This document shows positions 47,236 to 56,879 of a stretch of DNA of 64,000 nt, piece after piece. Numbering within the stretch: position 1 is the stretch's first letter; every line of letters begins with the position of its first letter. The notes below the pieces were generated by a model. The model saw only the letters and a list, made by a program, of their open reading frames with translations. It made no database searches and was not told the origin of the DNA. Source of the stretch: an uncultured Desulfobulbia bacterium (GTDB lineage: Bacteria > Desulfobacterota > Desulfobulbia > Desulfobulbales > SURF-16); NCBI GenBank assembly GCA_964653055.1, contig CAZZCA010000006.1:2427-66426 (forward strand), written 5' to 3'. The translations under genes were made by a program, and so were the position numbers.

Positions 47236-48732
47236 TTATTGGGGCCTATTGTTGATATATGTCTGCAGATCATCGGGGATATCGTAGCCGGACAGGAGAA
47301 TGGCCCGGTATTCACGGTTGGCCGATTCTTTATTGCCGGTAAGATCGTATATCCGAGCCTTGCTCACCATGGTTTCCAGGGAGCTGGCATAAAGAGATTC
47401 GTAGCGGATTAATAGATTAAGGGCCATCTCATGGCTTTTATTCTGCTCGCAGAAGGCGGCGTAGGCGGCCAGGGCCTGCCGGGCTGGTCGATTAATGCTG
47501 GTGGCCAGTTCAAAATAATCCCGGGCCTCTGCCAGTTTTTCCATATTGGCCAGACTGACGGCGGTGTGGAGGGCAACCCTGCTGTTGTTGCCAATGAGCA
47601 GTTGACAGGCGATTTTGCCATAATGGGCGGCCTTGGCGAATTGACCGAGGTGAAGGAGGCAGACTGATGTTATTTTTTCGGCCAGAGCGCCGTCAGTTGG
47701 CATCAGCTCAAAGGCCTTTTCGTAAAGAGCCAGGGCAGGGGCGAATTTGCCATTCTTTTCCAGGGTGGAGGCCTGCCGCAGAATTTTACGGGCCTTGATC
47801 TGGTGGCTGCTCACTGCCAGTCGTTCAACCACTGCCAGGGTTTCCTCTTTAACGGTTAATTTCTTTTCTTTCTTCTTGTCCGGCCATTTGAATTTTTTCT
47901 CTTTAGGGGAGATGACAATGGTATTGTATTGCTCTTCCCGGGCCAGGTCTTTCAGGTTGAGGATAATATCGAGGATAAAGTCCCAGGGCACCTCTTTGAG
48001 GGAGAGGGTCAGGGTGCCTTTCACCCCTTCATCAACAACGATATTGCGGCCGCTGATTTCTCCCATGAGCCGGAAGACATTGTGCAGGTCGATTTTATGG
48101 AAATCAACGGATATCTTTTTTTCATGGTACCCGCTGTAGGCCCCTGGTTCTTTGGCTGTTTTTATTTTTTTCTTGCGGCCCAGGGGGGTAAGGCTGGTGG
48201 GTTTTTTGGCCTCAGCCTGGAGGGGCGGGGCCTGGCTTAAGGTCGCCAGTATCTGGTCAAGGGGGGTGTCTGTATCCACCGCAGGCCGGTAAGTCGCCTC
48301 CTTCTGTGGCAACTCTGTCGTATTATTTTGACTGTGGGGGTCAAAGGTGAGGATAATCTTATTATCCTGGTTTGCTTCGGCATAGGTAAAGCCCGGGTCA
48401 AGGGCAATCTCCAGCCGGATGATCTCTGGCTGGATGTCGGCAGGGCGACTTCCCTTGATAAGGCTGACAGGGCTGTTGGACGGGGTCATGGGCAGGGAAA
48501 CATTGCCCAGCCTGCCACCTGCCACATCAATAATAACCCTTCTCGGGGCAAAGAGTTCATAAACCGTATAGGCTGGCGGCTTATTGCCCTGGATTATCAG
48601 TTTTTGTTCCGGTTGCTGCCAGTTGATTTCTTCAATGATAAAGCCGGTGGAATTTGTCTCGTTGCCGGCCTGGCAGAGGTCGGCCGGACTGGCCAGGGCT
48701 ATGGTTAGGAGAATGACGAGGAAGTGATACAT
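47236..48732 (-). CDS. AMIN domain + PilQ-type N0 domain + C-terminal TPR protein
   Basis: 498 aa with a signal peptide. AMIN pattern (IIQGNKPPAYTVYELFAPRRVIIDVAGGRLG ... IIRLEIALDPGFTYAEANQDNKIILTF). PilQ N0 pattern (KISVDFHKIDLHNVFRLMGEISGRNIVVDEGVKGTLTLSLKEVPWDFILDIILNLKDL). A Lys-rich linker and ~170 aa of TPR-like helices follow. Confidence 0.6.
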   Translation of the reverse strand: MYHFLVILLTIALASPADLCQAGNETNSTGFIIEEINWQQPEQKLIIQGNKPPAYTVYELFAPRRVIIDVAGGRLGNVSLPMTPSNSPVSLIKGSRPADIQPEIIRLEIALDPGFTYAEANQDNKIILTFDPHSQNNTTELPQKEATYRPAVDTDTPLDQILATLSQAPPLQAEAKKPTSLTPLGRKKKIKTAKEPGAYSGYHEKKISVDFHKIDLHNVFRLMGEISGRNIVVDEGVKGTLTLSLKEVPWDFILDIILNLKDLAREEQYNTIVISPKEKKFKWPDKKKEKKLTVKEETLAVVERLAVSSHQIKARKILRQASTLEKNGKFAPALALYEKAFELMPTDGALAEKITSVCLLHLGQFAKAAHYGKIACQLLIGNNSRVALHTAVSLANMEKLAEARDYFELATSINRPARQALAAYAAFCEQNKSHEMALNLLIRYESLYASSLETMVSKARIYDLTGNKESANREYRAILLSGYDIPDDLQTYINNRPQ

Positions 48733-48733
48733 A

Positions 48734-49213
48734 TTATTGTTCTCCTTCTTTTTTCAGCAGCATTTTGATCAGGCGGTATTTAGTGCCGCCACTGGCTGTC
48801 CGGTAGCGTTGTCTGAGAATAATGCGGTCGTTTTTAATCTCTTCGATCTGGCCGCTTTTGCCGATCCTGGCTCCCTGGCGGACGATATAGCCCTTACCCA
48901 GAGCATCTTCCACCATGGCAGTGGGGCTCTTTGCCCCGGAAACAATGGCCACCAGAGTCAGCTGACCTGGTTCAAAACGACGAAGCCCGGTGAGAACCTC
49001 CTGCTCCCCTTTACTGACCGCCTCTGTAATAAAGGGTTTAAACGGGTCTGCTCGGCCTTCCCGCCGGTAATGGAAGCTGGACTTTTTATTGAAAAAATCC
49101 AGCAGGCCCTCGATATCAAGGCTCTCCCCGGTTTTTGCCGGCTGATCGCCTCCCTGGCTAACAGCAGGTGTCAGCCAGCAGAGGAGGCAGAGTATGTAAG
49201 ACAGGCGTTTCAT
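48734..49213 (-). CDS. pilP: PilP-like pilus assembly protein
   Basis: 159 aa with a signal peptide, the RADPFKPF motif and a C-terminal beta domain (LTLVAIVSGAKSPTAMVEDALGKGYIVRQGARIG). Its start overlaps the pilO stop by 4 nt. Confidence 0.65.
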   Translation of the reverse strand: MKRLSYILCLLCWLTPAVSQGGDQPAKTGESLDIEGLLDFFNKKSSFHYRREGRADPFKPFITEAVSKGEQEVLTGLRRFEPGQLTLVAIVSGAKSPTAMVEDALGKGYIVRQGARIGKSGQIEEIKNDRIILRQRYRTASGGTKYRLIKMLLKKEGEQ

Positions 49214-49848
49214 TTCCCTTTCTTTTCGTCCTTTGCCGGAGCCGGTTGCTGGCTGAAGCGATAAGTAAGCAGGTTGAAGCTGGTGTTGAGCATAATATCG
49301 TCGCCTTCTTCCGCACTGCCCCCCATCTTGATATTTGCCACAGTGACGATTCGGGGCAATTTGCTGATCTGGTCAAGGAATATACCCACATTGTGATACG
49401 GCCCTCTCACCTTGATATCAACCGGGATCTCGGCATAGAAATCCCGGGCAATTTCCGGCCGGGGAACAAAGGAAAGAAACTCAAGGCCGGAGTTCATCCC
49501 ATGGTCGGAAATGGCAGTGAGCAGGGAGGGGATTTCCTGTTTTTCCGGCAGCAGCCTGGCGGCCTGGGCAAAAAGGTCTCTGGTGGCAGCCATTTCCGCC
49601 TGGTGCTGCTCCAGCATATCGGCAGCTTTACGGATCTTGTTGATATCGGTCTGCAATTTGGCCCTGGTTGTGGAGAGCTGTTGGATTTTGCCTGTTTTCG
49701 GGCCGTAGATCAGAAAATAAAAGGCCAGGCAGGGAATGACCATTACCAGGCCGGCAATGGCGAGTTTATGCTGCCGGGGCAGGGGAATGACCCTTTGCTC
49801 AAGAAAGGTGTTGATAATCTTTCTTATTTTATGCCTGTTGATTTTCAT
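49210..49848 (-). CDS. pilO: PilO-like pilus assembly protein
   Basis: 212 aa. N-terminal TM (LAIAGLVMVIPCLAFYFLIY), a coiled coil, then a ferredoxin-like C-terminal region. Its position between pilN and pilP supports the call. Confidence 0.65.
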   Translation of the reverse strand: MKINRHKIRKIINTFLEQRVIPLPRQHKLAIAGLVMVIPCLAFYFLIYGPKTGKIQQLSTTRAKLQTDINKIRKAADMLEQHQAEMAATRDLFAQAARLLPEKQEIPSLLTAISDHGMNSGLEFLSFVPRPEIARDFYAEIPVDIKVRGPYHNVGIFLDQISKLPRIVTVANIKMGGSAEEGDDIMLNTSFNLLTYRFSQQPAPAKDEKKGK

Positions 49849-49861
49849 AATCTAAATTATC

Positions 49862-50416
49862 TCATTTCCGGCTGGTATTGTCGATGGTAAGGGTCATGGA
49901 AAATGATTTTAATTTATGACCACTCACCTGGGTCATGGCCGATCTGCCCAAAGTAGCCCGGGAGAAACAGGAAGAGGCAGTAAGGGTATCCATGAACTCG
50001 GCCAGCCTGGTATTGTCCATGGCTATGCCGGCAAGAAGCAGAGAGGAGTCAGCCTGCTTCAGGCTGGTGAGCCAGATACTGTCAGCCTTGACTGCATCGG
50101 CAATTTCATCCAGCAGTCGCACCGACAGCTGGGAGTTGGTTTTTAGTTTTTTAATGATGTCGATCTTGGCTGCCAGCTCATTTTGCTCTTTCTCCATGGT
50201 CTTAATCTGGCGGAGAATGGCAGTATAGGAAGCTCGTTTTTTTTTCAGGAGGTCAATGTCGCTGTGCAGGTCGCTGGTGCGCTGGGCCAGAGCCAGGTAG
50301 CCTCCGGCCAGTGAGGCAAGGAGGATGAACAATATCCCCACCAGCAGGGCCAGTTGCCTGCCGGCACGCTGGCGCCGAAGTATCTGTCTGACTGGTAGCA
50401 GGTTGATATGGATCAT
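49862..50416 (-). CDS. pilN: PilN-like pilus assembly protein
   Basis: 184 aa. MIHINLLPVRQILRRQR (the conserved INLLP PilM-binding peptide), a TM segment and a coiled coil. Confidence 0.75.
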   Translation of the reverse strand: MIHINLLPVRQILRRQRAGRQLALLVGILFILLASLAGGYLALAQRTSDLHSDIDLLKKKRASYTAILRQIKTMEKEQNELAAKIDIIKKLKTNSQLSVRLLDEIADAVKADSIWLTSLKQADSSLLLAGIAMDNTRLAEFMDTLTASSCFSRATLGRSAMTQVSGHKLKSFSMTLTIDNTSRK

Positions 50417-50431
50417 TCTCTGTCCTTTAAA

Positions 50432-51556
50432 TTAAAAGGGCGCCGGCCGACTGGCCAGTCCCATGGCAATTGCCATTTCCGGGGCGATATCGTCCAGGTA
50501 TTTCTGGTCAATTCGACCAGGGTCAACCATGCAGGTGGTAAAGGGGTTGAAAATCTCTACCCTGAGGCCGGTCTCCCGGGCCAGGAGCTGGTCCAGGTTT
50601 TTGATTCGGGCACCACCGCCGCTTAGAACAATTTTATCCAGGGCGGATTCAGGGAAATTGGCCTGATGAAAATCCAGGGCTTTCTGGATCTCCATGAGCC
50701 AGGTAATGGCGTTTTCATTAATAATTTCCGCCAGGACCTCCCGGTGTTCGCCGGCCTCTTCTTCCCCTGTTTTAAGTCTTTCGGCAAGGTCAAAATCAAG
50801 GCCGAGGCGGACCTGAATCTCTTCGGTGAGGTGCCGGCCACCCATGGCTGCATCCCGGGCAAAGAGGGAGGAGCCCCGGCTTATGATATTGATACTGATC
50901 TTTTCCGAACCAATGTCCACCAGGGTGATATTTTCATTTGAGCCGAAATTCACCTCATAGCTGTTTTCCAGGGCAAAGGCGTCCACATCCACCAGTACCG
51001 GCTTGAGGTTCAGGTCTTCCAGCATCTGCAGATAACCGTCCACCACCTCTTTTTTGGCTGCTACCAGCATGATATCGGTTCGGCTTTCTGTTTCGGTATT
51101 GGTATGGAGATTGTGGAAGTCCAGATAAACATCATTAATATCAAAGGGGATGTATTGCTCGGCCTCGGAATAGATGTGCTCTTCCAGTTCGGTGTCACCC
51201 ATAACTGCCAGGTTGATCTTTTTGAGAATTACTGAATAGCCGGAAACAGAGATGCCTACTTTCCGGTTTTTTATCTTCAGATTGTTGAGCAGGCTACTAA
51301 TGGCCTCGGCCGCCGTTTCCGGGTCGGCCAATTCGCCATCTTCAATTACTCCGCCGGGCAGCCGGCAGCTGCCGAGACTCTGGAGCTTGAGCTTGTCACC
51401 ACTGGAGTTCATCTCGCAGATCTTGATGGCAAATGAGCCGATATCAAGGCCGATAATCAGCTCGGAAGAGGATGAAAACGGGGTCAGTGACCTTAATAAT
51501 GAATTAATTTTTTCAGTCATAGTTAAATTAAAGAACAAATGGGTATCTTTTGTCAA
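50432..51556 (-). CDS. pilM: PilM-like actin-fold pilus assembly ATPase-like protein
   Basis: 374 aa. IGLDIGSFAIKICEM, LVDIGSEKISINI and VLSGGGARIKNL are actin/FtsA-like blocks. The start is uncertain (TTG 51556 after AAGGAG, or ATG 51520). Confidence 0.8.
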   Translation of the reverse strand: MTKDTHLFFNLTMTEKINSLLRSLTPFSSSSELIIGLDIGSFAIKICEMNSSGDKLKLQSLGSCRLPGGVIEDGELADPETAAEAISSLLNNLKIKNRKVGISVSGYSVILKKINLAVMGDTELEEHIYSEAEQYIPFDINDVYLDFHNLHTNTETESRTDIMLVAAKKEVVDGYLQMLEDLNLKPVLVDVDAFALENSYEVNFGSNENITLVDIGSEKISINIISRGSSLFARDAAMGGRHLTEEIQVRLGLDFDLAERLKTGEEEAGEHREVLAEIINENAITWLMEIQKALDFHQANFPESALDKIVLSGGGARIKNLDQLLARETGLRVEIFNPFTTCMVDPGRIDQKYLDDIAPEMAIAMGLASRPAPF

Positions 51557-51681
51557 CCACTCCTTCCCCGGGCGAAAAACCGCCTTGTGTTTTGTTGGCG
51601 GATGGTTTAATCTTAATAAGATTTGGGTAGCGATATCGGCTGCAATATTTATACCCCTCTATCAAATTCAGGAGCAAATTT

Positions 51682-52299
51682 TTGGCCACAGAAAACAACA
51701 AATCAATGGTTCGCGAGTACCTGGAGGCCATTATTGTTGCTGTTCTGCTGGCCCTTTTTATAAGGGCCTTTATTGTTCAGGCCTTTAAGATCCCTTCCGG
51801 CTCCATGTTGCCCACCCTCCTTATCGGCGACCATATCCTGGTCAATAAATTTGTCTACGGAATCAAGAACCCGTTCACCGGTGAAAACTGGGTTGATATC
51901 GGAGACCCTCAGCGTCGGGATATTGTCGTTTTCAAGTATCCGGAAGACCCTTCCAAGGATTTTATTAAAAGGGTCATTGCTATTGCCGGTGATCGGGTGG
52001 AGATAAAAGATAAAAAAGTTTATATAAACGATAAACTTTTTGCCGTGACCGGCACTCAAAACCTCTCCCGTGATATTATCGATGGCCGACGTTCGCCCAG
52101 GGATAATTACGGGCCGGTAACCGTGCCGCCCAACTCCCTTTTTGTCATGGGCGATAATCGTGATAACAGCCATGACAGCCGTTTCTGGGGTTTTGTTGAT
52201 CTTAAGGATATTAAGGGGGAGGCCTTTATTATCTACTGGTCATGGAACCGGGAAGAGTTCTCACCCCGCTGGGGTCGAATGGGAGATATTCTCCATTAG
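51682..52299 (+). CDS. lepB: Signal peptidase I
   Basis: 205 aa. IPSGSMLPTL (catalytic Ser), KRVIAIAGD (Lys) and GDNRDNSHDSRFWG. TTG start 7 nt after AGGAG. Confidence 0.92.
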   Translation: MATENNKSMVREYLEAIIVAVLLALFIRAFIVQAFKIPSGSMLPTLLIGDHILVNKFVYGIKNPFTGENWVDIGDPQRRDIVVFKYPEDPSKDFIKRVIAIAGDRVEIKDKKVYINDKLFAVTGTQNLSRDIIDGRRSPRDNYGPVTVPPNSLFVMGDNRDNSHDSRFWGFVDLKDIKGEAFIIYWSWNREEFSPRWGRMGDILH

Positions 52300-52347
52300 C
52301 TTTTGTTGGCCTTTTAGTTACGCCATTTCACTTGCTTGAGGTTTTGC

Positions 52348-53286
52348 ATGGAAGGCAGCTATAGTTTTATCCATAAGCATGTTCTCGGTCTGGAGGATCT
52401 TTCTCCTGACGATATTGCCTTTATCCTGCGGACGGCTGAATCTTTTAAGGAGATTTCCGACCGGCCCATTAAAAAGGTCCCCATCCTTCGTGGTAAAACG
52501 GTTATCAACCTCTTCTTCGAGCCAAGTACCCGGACCCGCCTCTCCTTTGAAATTGCTGCTAAACGGATGAGCGCTGATACCTTTAATATTTCGGCCTCCA
52601 CCAGCAGTGCCCGTAAGGGTGAAACCCTGACCGATACGGCCCGGAACCTTGAGGCGATGAACCCGGACGCCATTATTATCCGCCATTCCTCTTCCGGTGC
52701 TCCCAGATTATTGACCAGACATATCGGGGCCTCGGTTCTTAATGCCGGCGATGGCTTTCATGAGCATCCCAGCCAGGCATTACTTGATATGATGACGGTC
52801 CAGGAAAAGAAAGGGGAGCTGGCCGGGCTGAAGGTGGCGATTCTTGGTGATATTGCCCATAGCCGGGTGGCTCATTCCAATATAATTGGCTTCAGCAAAA
52901 TGGGAGCTACAGTTGCGGTCAGTGGGCCGGCCACCATGATTCCCCGTGGCGTCAGCGAAATGGGAGCCCAGGTATGTCTCAATCCGGCAGAGGCAGTGGC
53001 TGATGCCGATGTGGTAATGGTGTTGCGGATTCAGAAAGAGAGACAACTTGACCCGGTGATTCCCTCCCTGCGGGAGTATGCCACCTATTTCGGGGTTGAT
53101 CAGAACTTGCTGGCCCTGGCCAGAGAGGATGCCATAATCATGCATCCCGGCCCGATGAACAGGGGGGTTGAGCTTGACCCCGGCCTGGCTGATGGTTCCC
53201 GTTCGGTCATCATGGACCAGGTAACCAATGGCGTCGCCATCCGCATGGCTCTGCTCTATCTTATTATGGGAGGTGACGATGAGTAA
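52348..53286 (+). CDS. pyrB: Aspartate carbamoyltransferase catalytic subunit
   Basis: [23 protein letters not shown] and [12 protein letters not shown] prefer the ATG at 52348 over the TTG at 52336. Confidence 0.93.
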   Translation: MEGSYSFIHKHVLGLEDLSPDDIAFILRTAESFKEISDRPIKKVPILRGKTVINLFFEPSTRTRLSFEIAAKRMSADTFNISASTSSARKGETLTDTARNLEAMNPDAIIIRHSSSGAPRLLTRHIGASVLNAGDGFHEHPSQALLDMMTVQEKKGELAGLKVAILGDIAHSRVAHSNIIGFSKMGATVAVSGPATMIPRGVSEMGAQVCLNPAEAVADADVVMVLRIQKERQLDPVIPSLREYATYFGVDQNLLALAREDAIIMHPGPMNRGVELDPGLADGSRSVIMDQVTNGVAIRMALLYLIMGGDDE

Positions 53287-54571
53287 GTCGCCGATTTTAT
53301 TTACAGGTGGTCGTCTTCTTAATCCGGCAAGCGGGCAGGACAAGGTCAGCGACCTGTTGGTGGTTGACGGAAAAATTGCCGAAATTGGCTCTGCCGCAGC
53401 CGATGCTGCTCCGGCCGGGTGTCTGGTTTATGATCTGACCGGCAAATGGCTGGTGCCTGGCCTTATTGATATGCATGTGCACCTGCGGGAGCCGGGTCAG
53501 GAATATAAAGAAACCGTGGTCAGCGGAACCAGGGCAGCGGCGGCCGGTGGTTTTACCGGTGTTGCCTGTATGCCTAATACTGTGCCGGTTAATGATTGCC
53601 GGGCGGTAACGGCCCTGATTCTCGAGCAGGCAGCGAAGGCCTCGGCCCGGGTTTATCCCCTGGGAGCCATCAGTAAGGGCAGCAAGGGAACGGAGCTTGC
53701 GGAATTTGGCGAGATGAAAGATGCCGGGGTGGTGGCCCTGTCTGATGACGGCCTGCCGGTTATTAACAGCCAGTTGATGCGCCGGGCCCTGGAGTACAGT
53801 GCCAATTACGATTTTCTCATTATCTCCCATTCCGAGGAGATGGGGCTCAGTGGCAGTGGCTCCATGAATGAAGGGGGATTATCAACCCGTCTCGGACTTC
53901 GGGGCATTCCCCGGGTGGCGGAAGAGATCATGATCTACCGTGATATTTCCCTTGCCGGATACACCGAACGCCCGATTCACATTGCCCATATCAGTACCAG
54001 GGAGTCGGTGGACCTGATCCGTCGGGCTAAAAAACAGGGAATCAGGGTAACCTGCGAGACAGCTCCCCATTATTTTTCCCTTACCGAAGATGCGGTCAGC
54101 GAGTATGACACCAGGGCCAAGATGAACCCGCCTCTGCGAACTGCCGATGATGTTGACGCCATTATCGAAGGTCTGGCAGACGGGGTTATTGATGCCATTG
54201 CCACGGACCATGCCCCCCATAGCGTTATTGAAAAGGACCTGGAATTTGATCAGGCTGCCAATGGCATAATCGGCCTGGAAACAGCCGTGCCCCTCAGTCT
54301 TAATCTGGTTCGGAGCGGGGTGCTTGATCCTTTGGCCATGGTTCGTCTTCTTTCCACTAATCCGGCCCGGATCCTCGGGGTTGCCGGCGGTACCATTGCC
54401 CCCGGGGCAGAGGCAGATCTTGCAGTTATTAACCCTGATCTGGAGTTTGTCTACTCTGAAGATGAAATTATCTCCAAGAGCTCTAATTCACCCTTTCTTG
54501 ATCAGACCCTTCAGGGTAAGGCGGTGTTGACGGTTTTGGCCGGTGAGATCACCCACAATGAGCTGGCTTAG
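53279..54571 (+). CDS. pyrC: Dihydroorotase
   Basis: 430 aa. [25 protein letters not shown] overlap with the pyrB stop. The listed start at 53228 is an out-of-frame read of pyrB. Confidence 0.92.
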   Translation: MSKSPILFTGGRLLNPASGQDKVSDLLVVDGKIAEIGSAAADAAPAGCLVYDLTGKWLVPGLIDMHVHLREPGQEYKETVVSGTRAAAAGGFTGVACMPNTVPVNDCRAVTALILEQAAKASARVYPLGAISKGSKGTELAEFGEMKDAGVVALSDDGLPVINSQLMRRALEYSANYDFLIISHSEEMGLSGSGSMNEGGLSTRLGLRGIPRVAEEIMIYRDISLAGYTERPIHIAHISTRESVDLIRRAKKQGIRVTCETAPHYFSLTEDAVSEYDTRAKMNPPLRTADDVDAIIEGLADGVIDAIATDHAPHSVIEKDLEFDQAANGIIGLETAVPLSLNLVRSGVLDPLAMVRLLSTNPARILGVAGGTIAPGAEADLAVINPDLEFVYSEDEIISKSSNSPFLDQTLQGKAVLTVLAGEITHNELA

Positions 54572-54581
54572 CTGAATTAGA

Positions 54582-56879
54582 TTATTGGTCCAGGGTCTGG
54601 CGGATGATCCTGCTGACCTCGTGCAGGCTGAATGGTTTCATGATCATTCCCTTGACCATGCTGCCTCTGATTTTCTCTTCTGTCAGCTCTTTGCTGTAGC
54701 CGGTACAGATCAGGACGGGAATGTCAGCTCGTATCTTCAGCATCTCCTCTGCCATTTCCAGGCCGCTCATTTCCGGCATACTCTGGTCAGTAATAACCAG
54801 GTTGAAGTCATCAGGGTTCTGGCGGAAAAAGGTCAGGGCCTCTTGGGGGTCGGTCATGGCCTTGACCTGGTAGCCCAGGGTGGAGAGCAGCATTTTGCCC
54901 AGGTGGGCAAGTTCGTCTTCATCATCCACCAGCAGGATGCGTTCGCTGCCGGAGCTAATGTTGTTTTGATCAAGGTCCTGGCCAAGTTCTGTTTTCAGCC
55001 GGGGCAGAATAACCTCAAAGGTGGTGCCCATGCCAGGGCTGCTGTCTGCCCTGATCCCACCGGTCATGTTTTCGATAATCCCATGGATCACTGCCAGGCC
55101 CATGCCGCTGCCTTCGCCAATTGTCTTGGTGGTGAAGAATGGGTCAAAGATCCGTTCCATGGTCTGAGGGTCCATTCCCGGTCCGTTATCCTGGACAATT
55201 ATTTTGACATAATAACCAGGTTCCAGGGTAAGGAAGTCTTTTTCCCCCTGGCTCAAGGTATAATTAGACAGGCTGATTCTGATTTCGCCCTTGCTCTCCC
55301 CTATAGCCTCAATAGCGTTGCTGCAGAGGTTCATCAATAATTGATGGATCTGGCTGGGGTCGGCCTGGACATAGGAATCACAGGCCGTAAGCTCACTGTG
55401 AATTCTGATGGCCGCCGGGGTTGAGCTGCGGAGGAATTTGATGTTTTCCTTGATCAGGAGGCCGAGCTGGAGGGGTATCTTATGTTCCTCCCGGTGCCGG
55501 CTGAAGGTGAGAATCTGCTGTACTAGGTCCCTGGCCCGGCCGCCGGCCCGGAGGATTTCGTTTAAGCTGGTAATGGTCGCCTGGTCGTTGGCCGGGCTCA
55601 GTTGTAGTTTGCCCAGTTCGGCATTGCCGATAATGGCGGTCAGCATATTATTAAATTCATGGGCAATGCCGCCGGCCATGGTGCCAATGGCCTCCAGCTT
55701 CTGGCTATGTCTTAATTGGCAGGCCAGTTCTTCTTGTTTTTCCGTGACCAGGTTGCGTTGGTGAATTTCTTCTTCTAATTGGCTGTTGATTTGTATCAGT
55801 TCAGTTGTCTGCTTCCGGACCTTCTCGTCCACTGCCTCCTTGGCCCAGCGAAGCTCCTTATTTGCCGCTGTCAGGTCTTGGTTGAGCCTGCCGATCTGAC
55901 CCAGTAATTTTTTAAAACTGATACGCAGAACCAGCCAGCTGGCGAAAAGGGTGGAAATGGAGATGAGCAGGGTCAGGACGATGAGGGCCCTGGTGTTCTT
56001 TACCGTATTAGTAATATCAAGGGCGGCAATGAGCTGGCCCACGGGTTTTTGCTGGTAATCAAGGAGATTTTCTCCTGAAAAGAAGCAATAATAGCGACCG
56101 TTTATCTTGTGTTGTTGGTTATCCTGCTCCAAGTCGAGGGTTCTGGCCTGGCGGTAAAGGGACAGGTTGGAATTAAAAAGGATGTATTTACCGTAATCAA
56201 GGGTTTTCAACTTATCGACTTTAAGTCTCTTGAATTGATTTTTGTTAATGGCCAGGGCCAGATCCAGTTCAAGGTGGTGGTGAATATCTTCGAGAATCGT
56301 CCGGACATTGATCCCGAACTGGAGAATACCCAGGTACTCGCCATGGTAAAATACCGGCTCAATGACCCGGTACTGGGGGGAGACTATGCCGGTCATAAAG
56401 CCGCTGATTGGTTGCCGGGTGGTATTGGCCAGGGTTACATCGGGCCTGAGCTCCGTAATTTCATCGCCGAATTTTGCCGGACGATGGACCCGAAGAAAGG
56501 CGCGGTTATCAGGGCTTACCCAGTTCATGGTCTGGAAGTTGGGGTTTTCTTTTTTTAAAAGGGTAAAAAAGGGCTGGCATAATTGGAGAAGGAGTTTTCG
56601 GTCCCTTTTCTTAAAGGCATGGAGGATGTCATCCTTGGTGGTGGATGATTTGTAATCAAGAAATCTCTTGATCCGGGAATTATAGTTCTTTTGCATGTTG
56701 CTGATGGTGATCTGGCTCAGGATTATGGCGCTCTGGCGTTGGTTGGCAATGTTCTGCTCCAGAGCTTCCTGTTCGTGTCTGATGAAGAGGCTCAGGAAAA
56801 CAGAGCAGATAAGGGTAAGAATCACCATCATCCAGATTGTTGCCTTGGTGGCTATGGTCATGGTCCTGTCCTTTGCCAT
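54582..56879 (-). CDS. Hybrid sensor histidine kinase (periplasmic Cache-like domain, HisKA, HATPase, REC)
   Basis: Two TMs flank a ~270-aa periplasmic domain. H-box GGIAHEFNNMLTAI, G-boxes DNGPGM/GSGMGL, and a canonical C-terminal REC (LLVDDED...VITDQSMPEMSG...KPF). The start is ATG 56879 or ATG 56861; the latter forms an ATGA overlap with the upstream kinase's stop. Confidence 0.85.
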   Translation of the reverse strand: MAKDRTMTIATKATIWMMVILTLICSVFLSLFIRHEQEALEQNIANQRQSAIILSQITISNMQKNYNSRIKRFLDYKSSTTKDDILHAFKKRDRKLLLQLCQPFFTLLKKENPNFQTMNWVSPDNRAFLRVHRPAKFGDEITELRPDVTLANTTRQPISGFMTGIVSPQYRVIEPVFYHGEYLGILQFGINVRTILEDIHHHLELDLALAINKNQFKRLKVDKLKTLDYGKYILFNSNLSLYRQARTLDLEQDNQQHKINGRYYCFFSGENLLDYQQKPVGQLIAALDITNTVKNTRALIVLTLLISISTLFASWLVLRISFKKLLGQIGRLNQDLTAANKELRWAKEAVDEKVRKQTTELIQINSQLEEEIHQRNLVTEKQEELACQLRHSQKLEAIGTMAGGIAHEFNNMLTAIIGNAELGKLQLSPANDQATITSLNEILRAGGRARDLVQQILTFSRHREEHKIPLQLGLLIKENIKFLRSSTPAAIRIHSELTACDSYVQADPSQIHQLLMNLCSNAIEAIGESKGEIRISLSNYTLSQGEKDFLTLEPGYYVKIIVQDNGPGMDPQTMERIFDPFFTTKTIGEGSGMGLAVIHGIIENMTGGIRADSSPGMGTTFEVILPRLKTELGQDLDQNNISSGSERILLVDDEDELAHLGKMLLSTLGYQVKAMTDPQEALTFFRQNPDDFNLVITDQSMPEMSGLEMAEEMLKIRADIPVLICTGYSKELTEEKIRGSMVKGMIMKPFSLHEVSRIIRQTLDQ

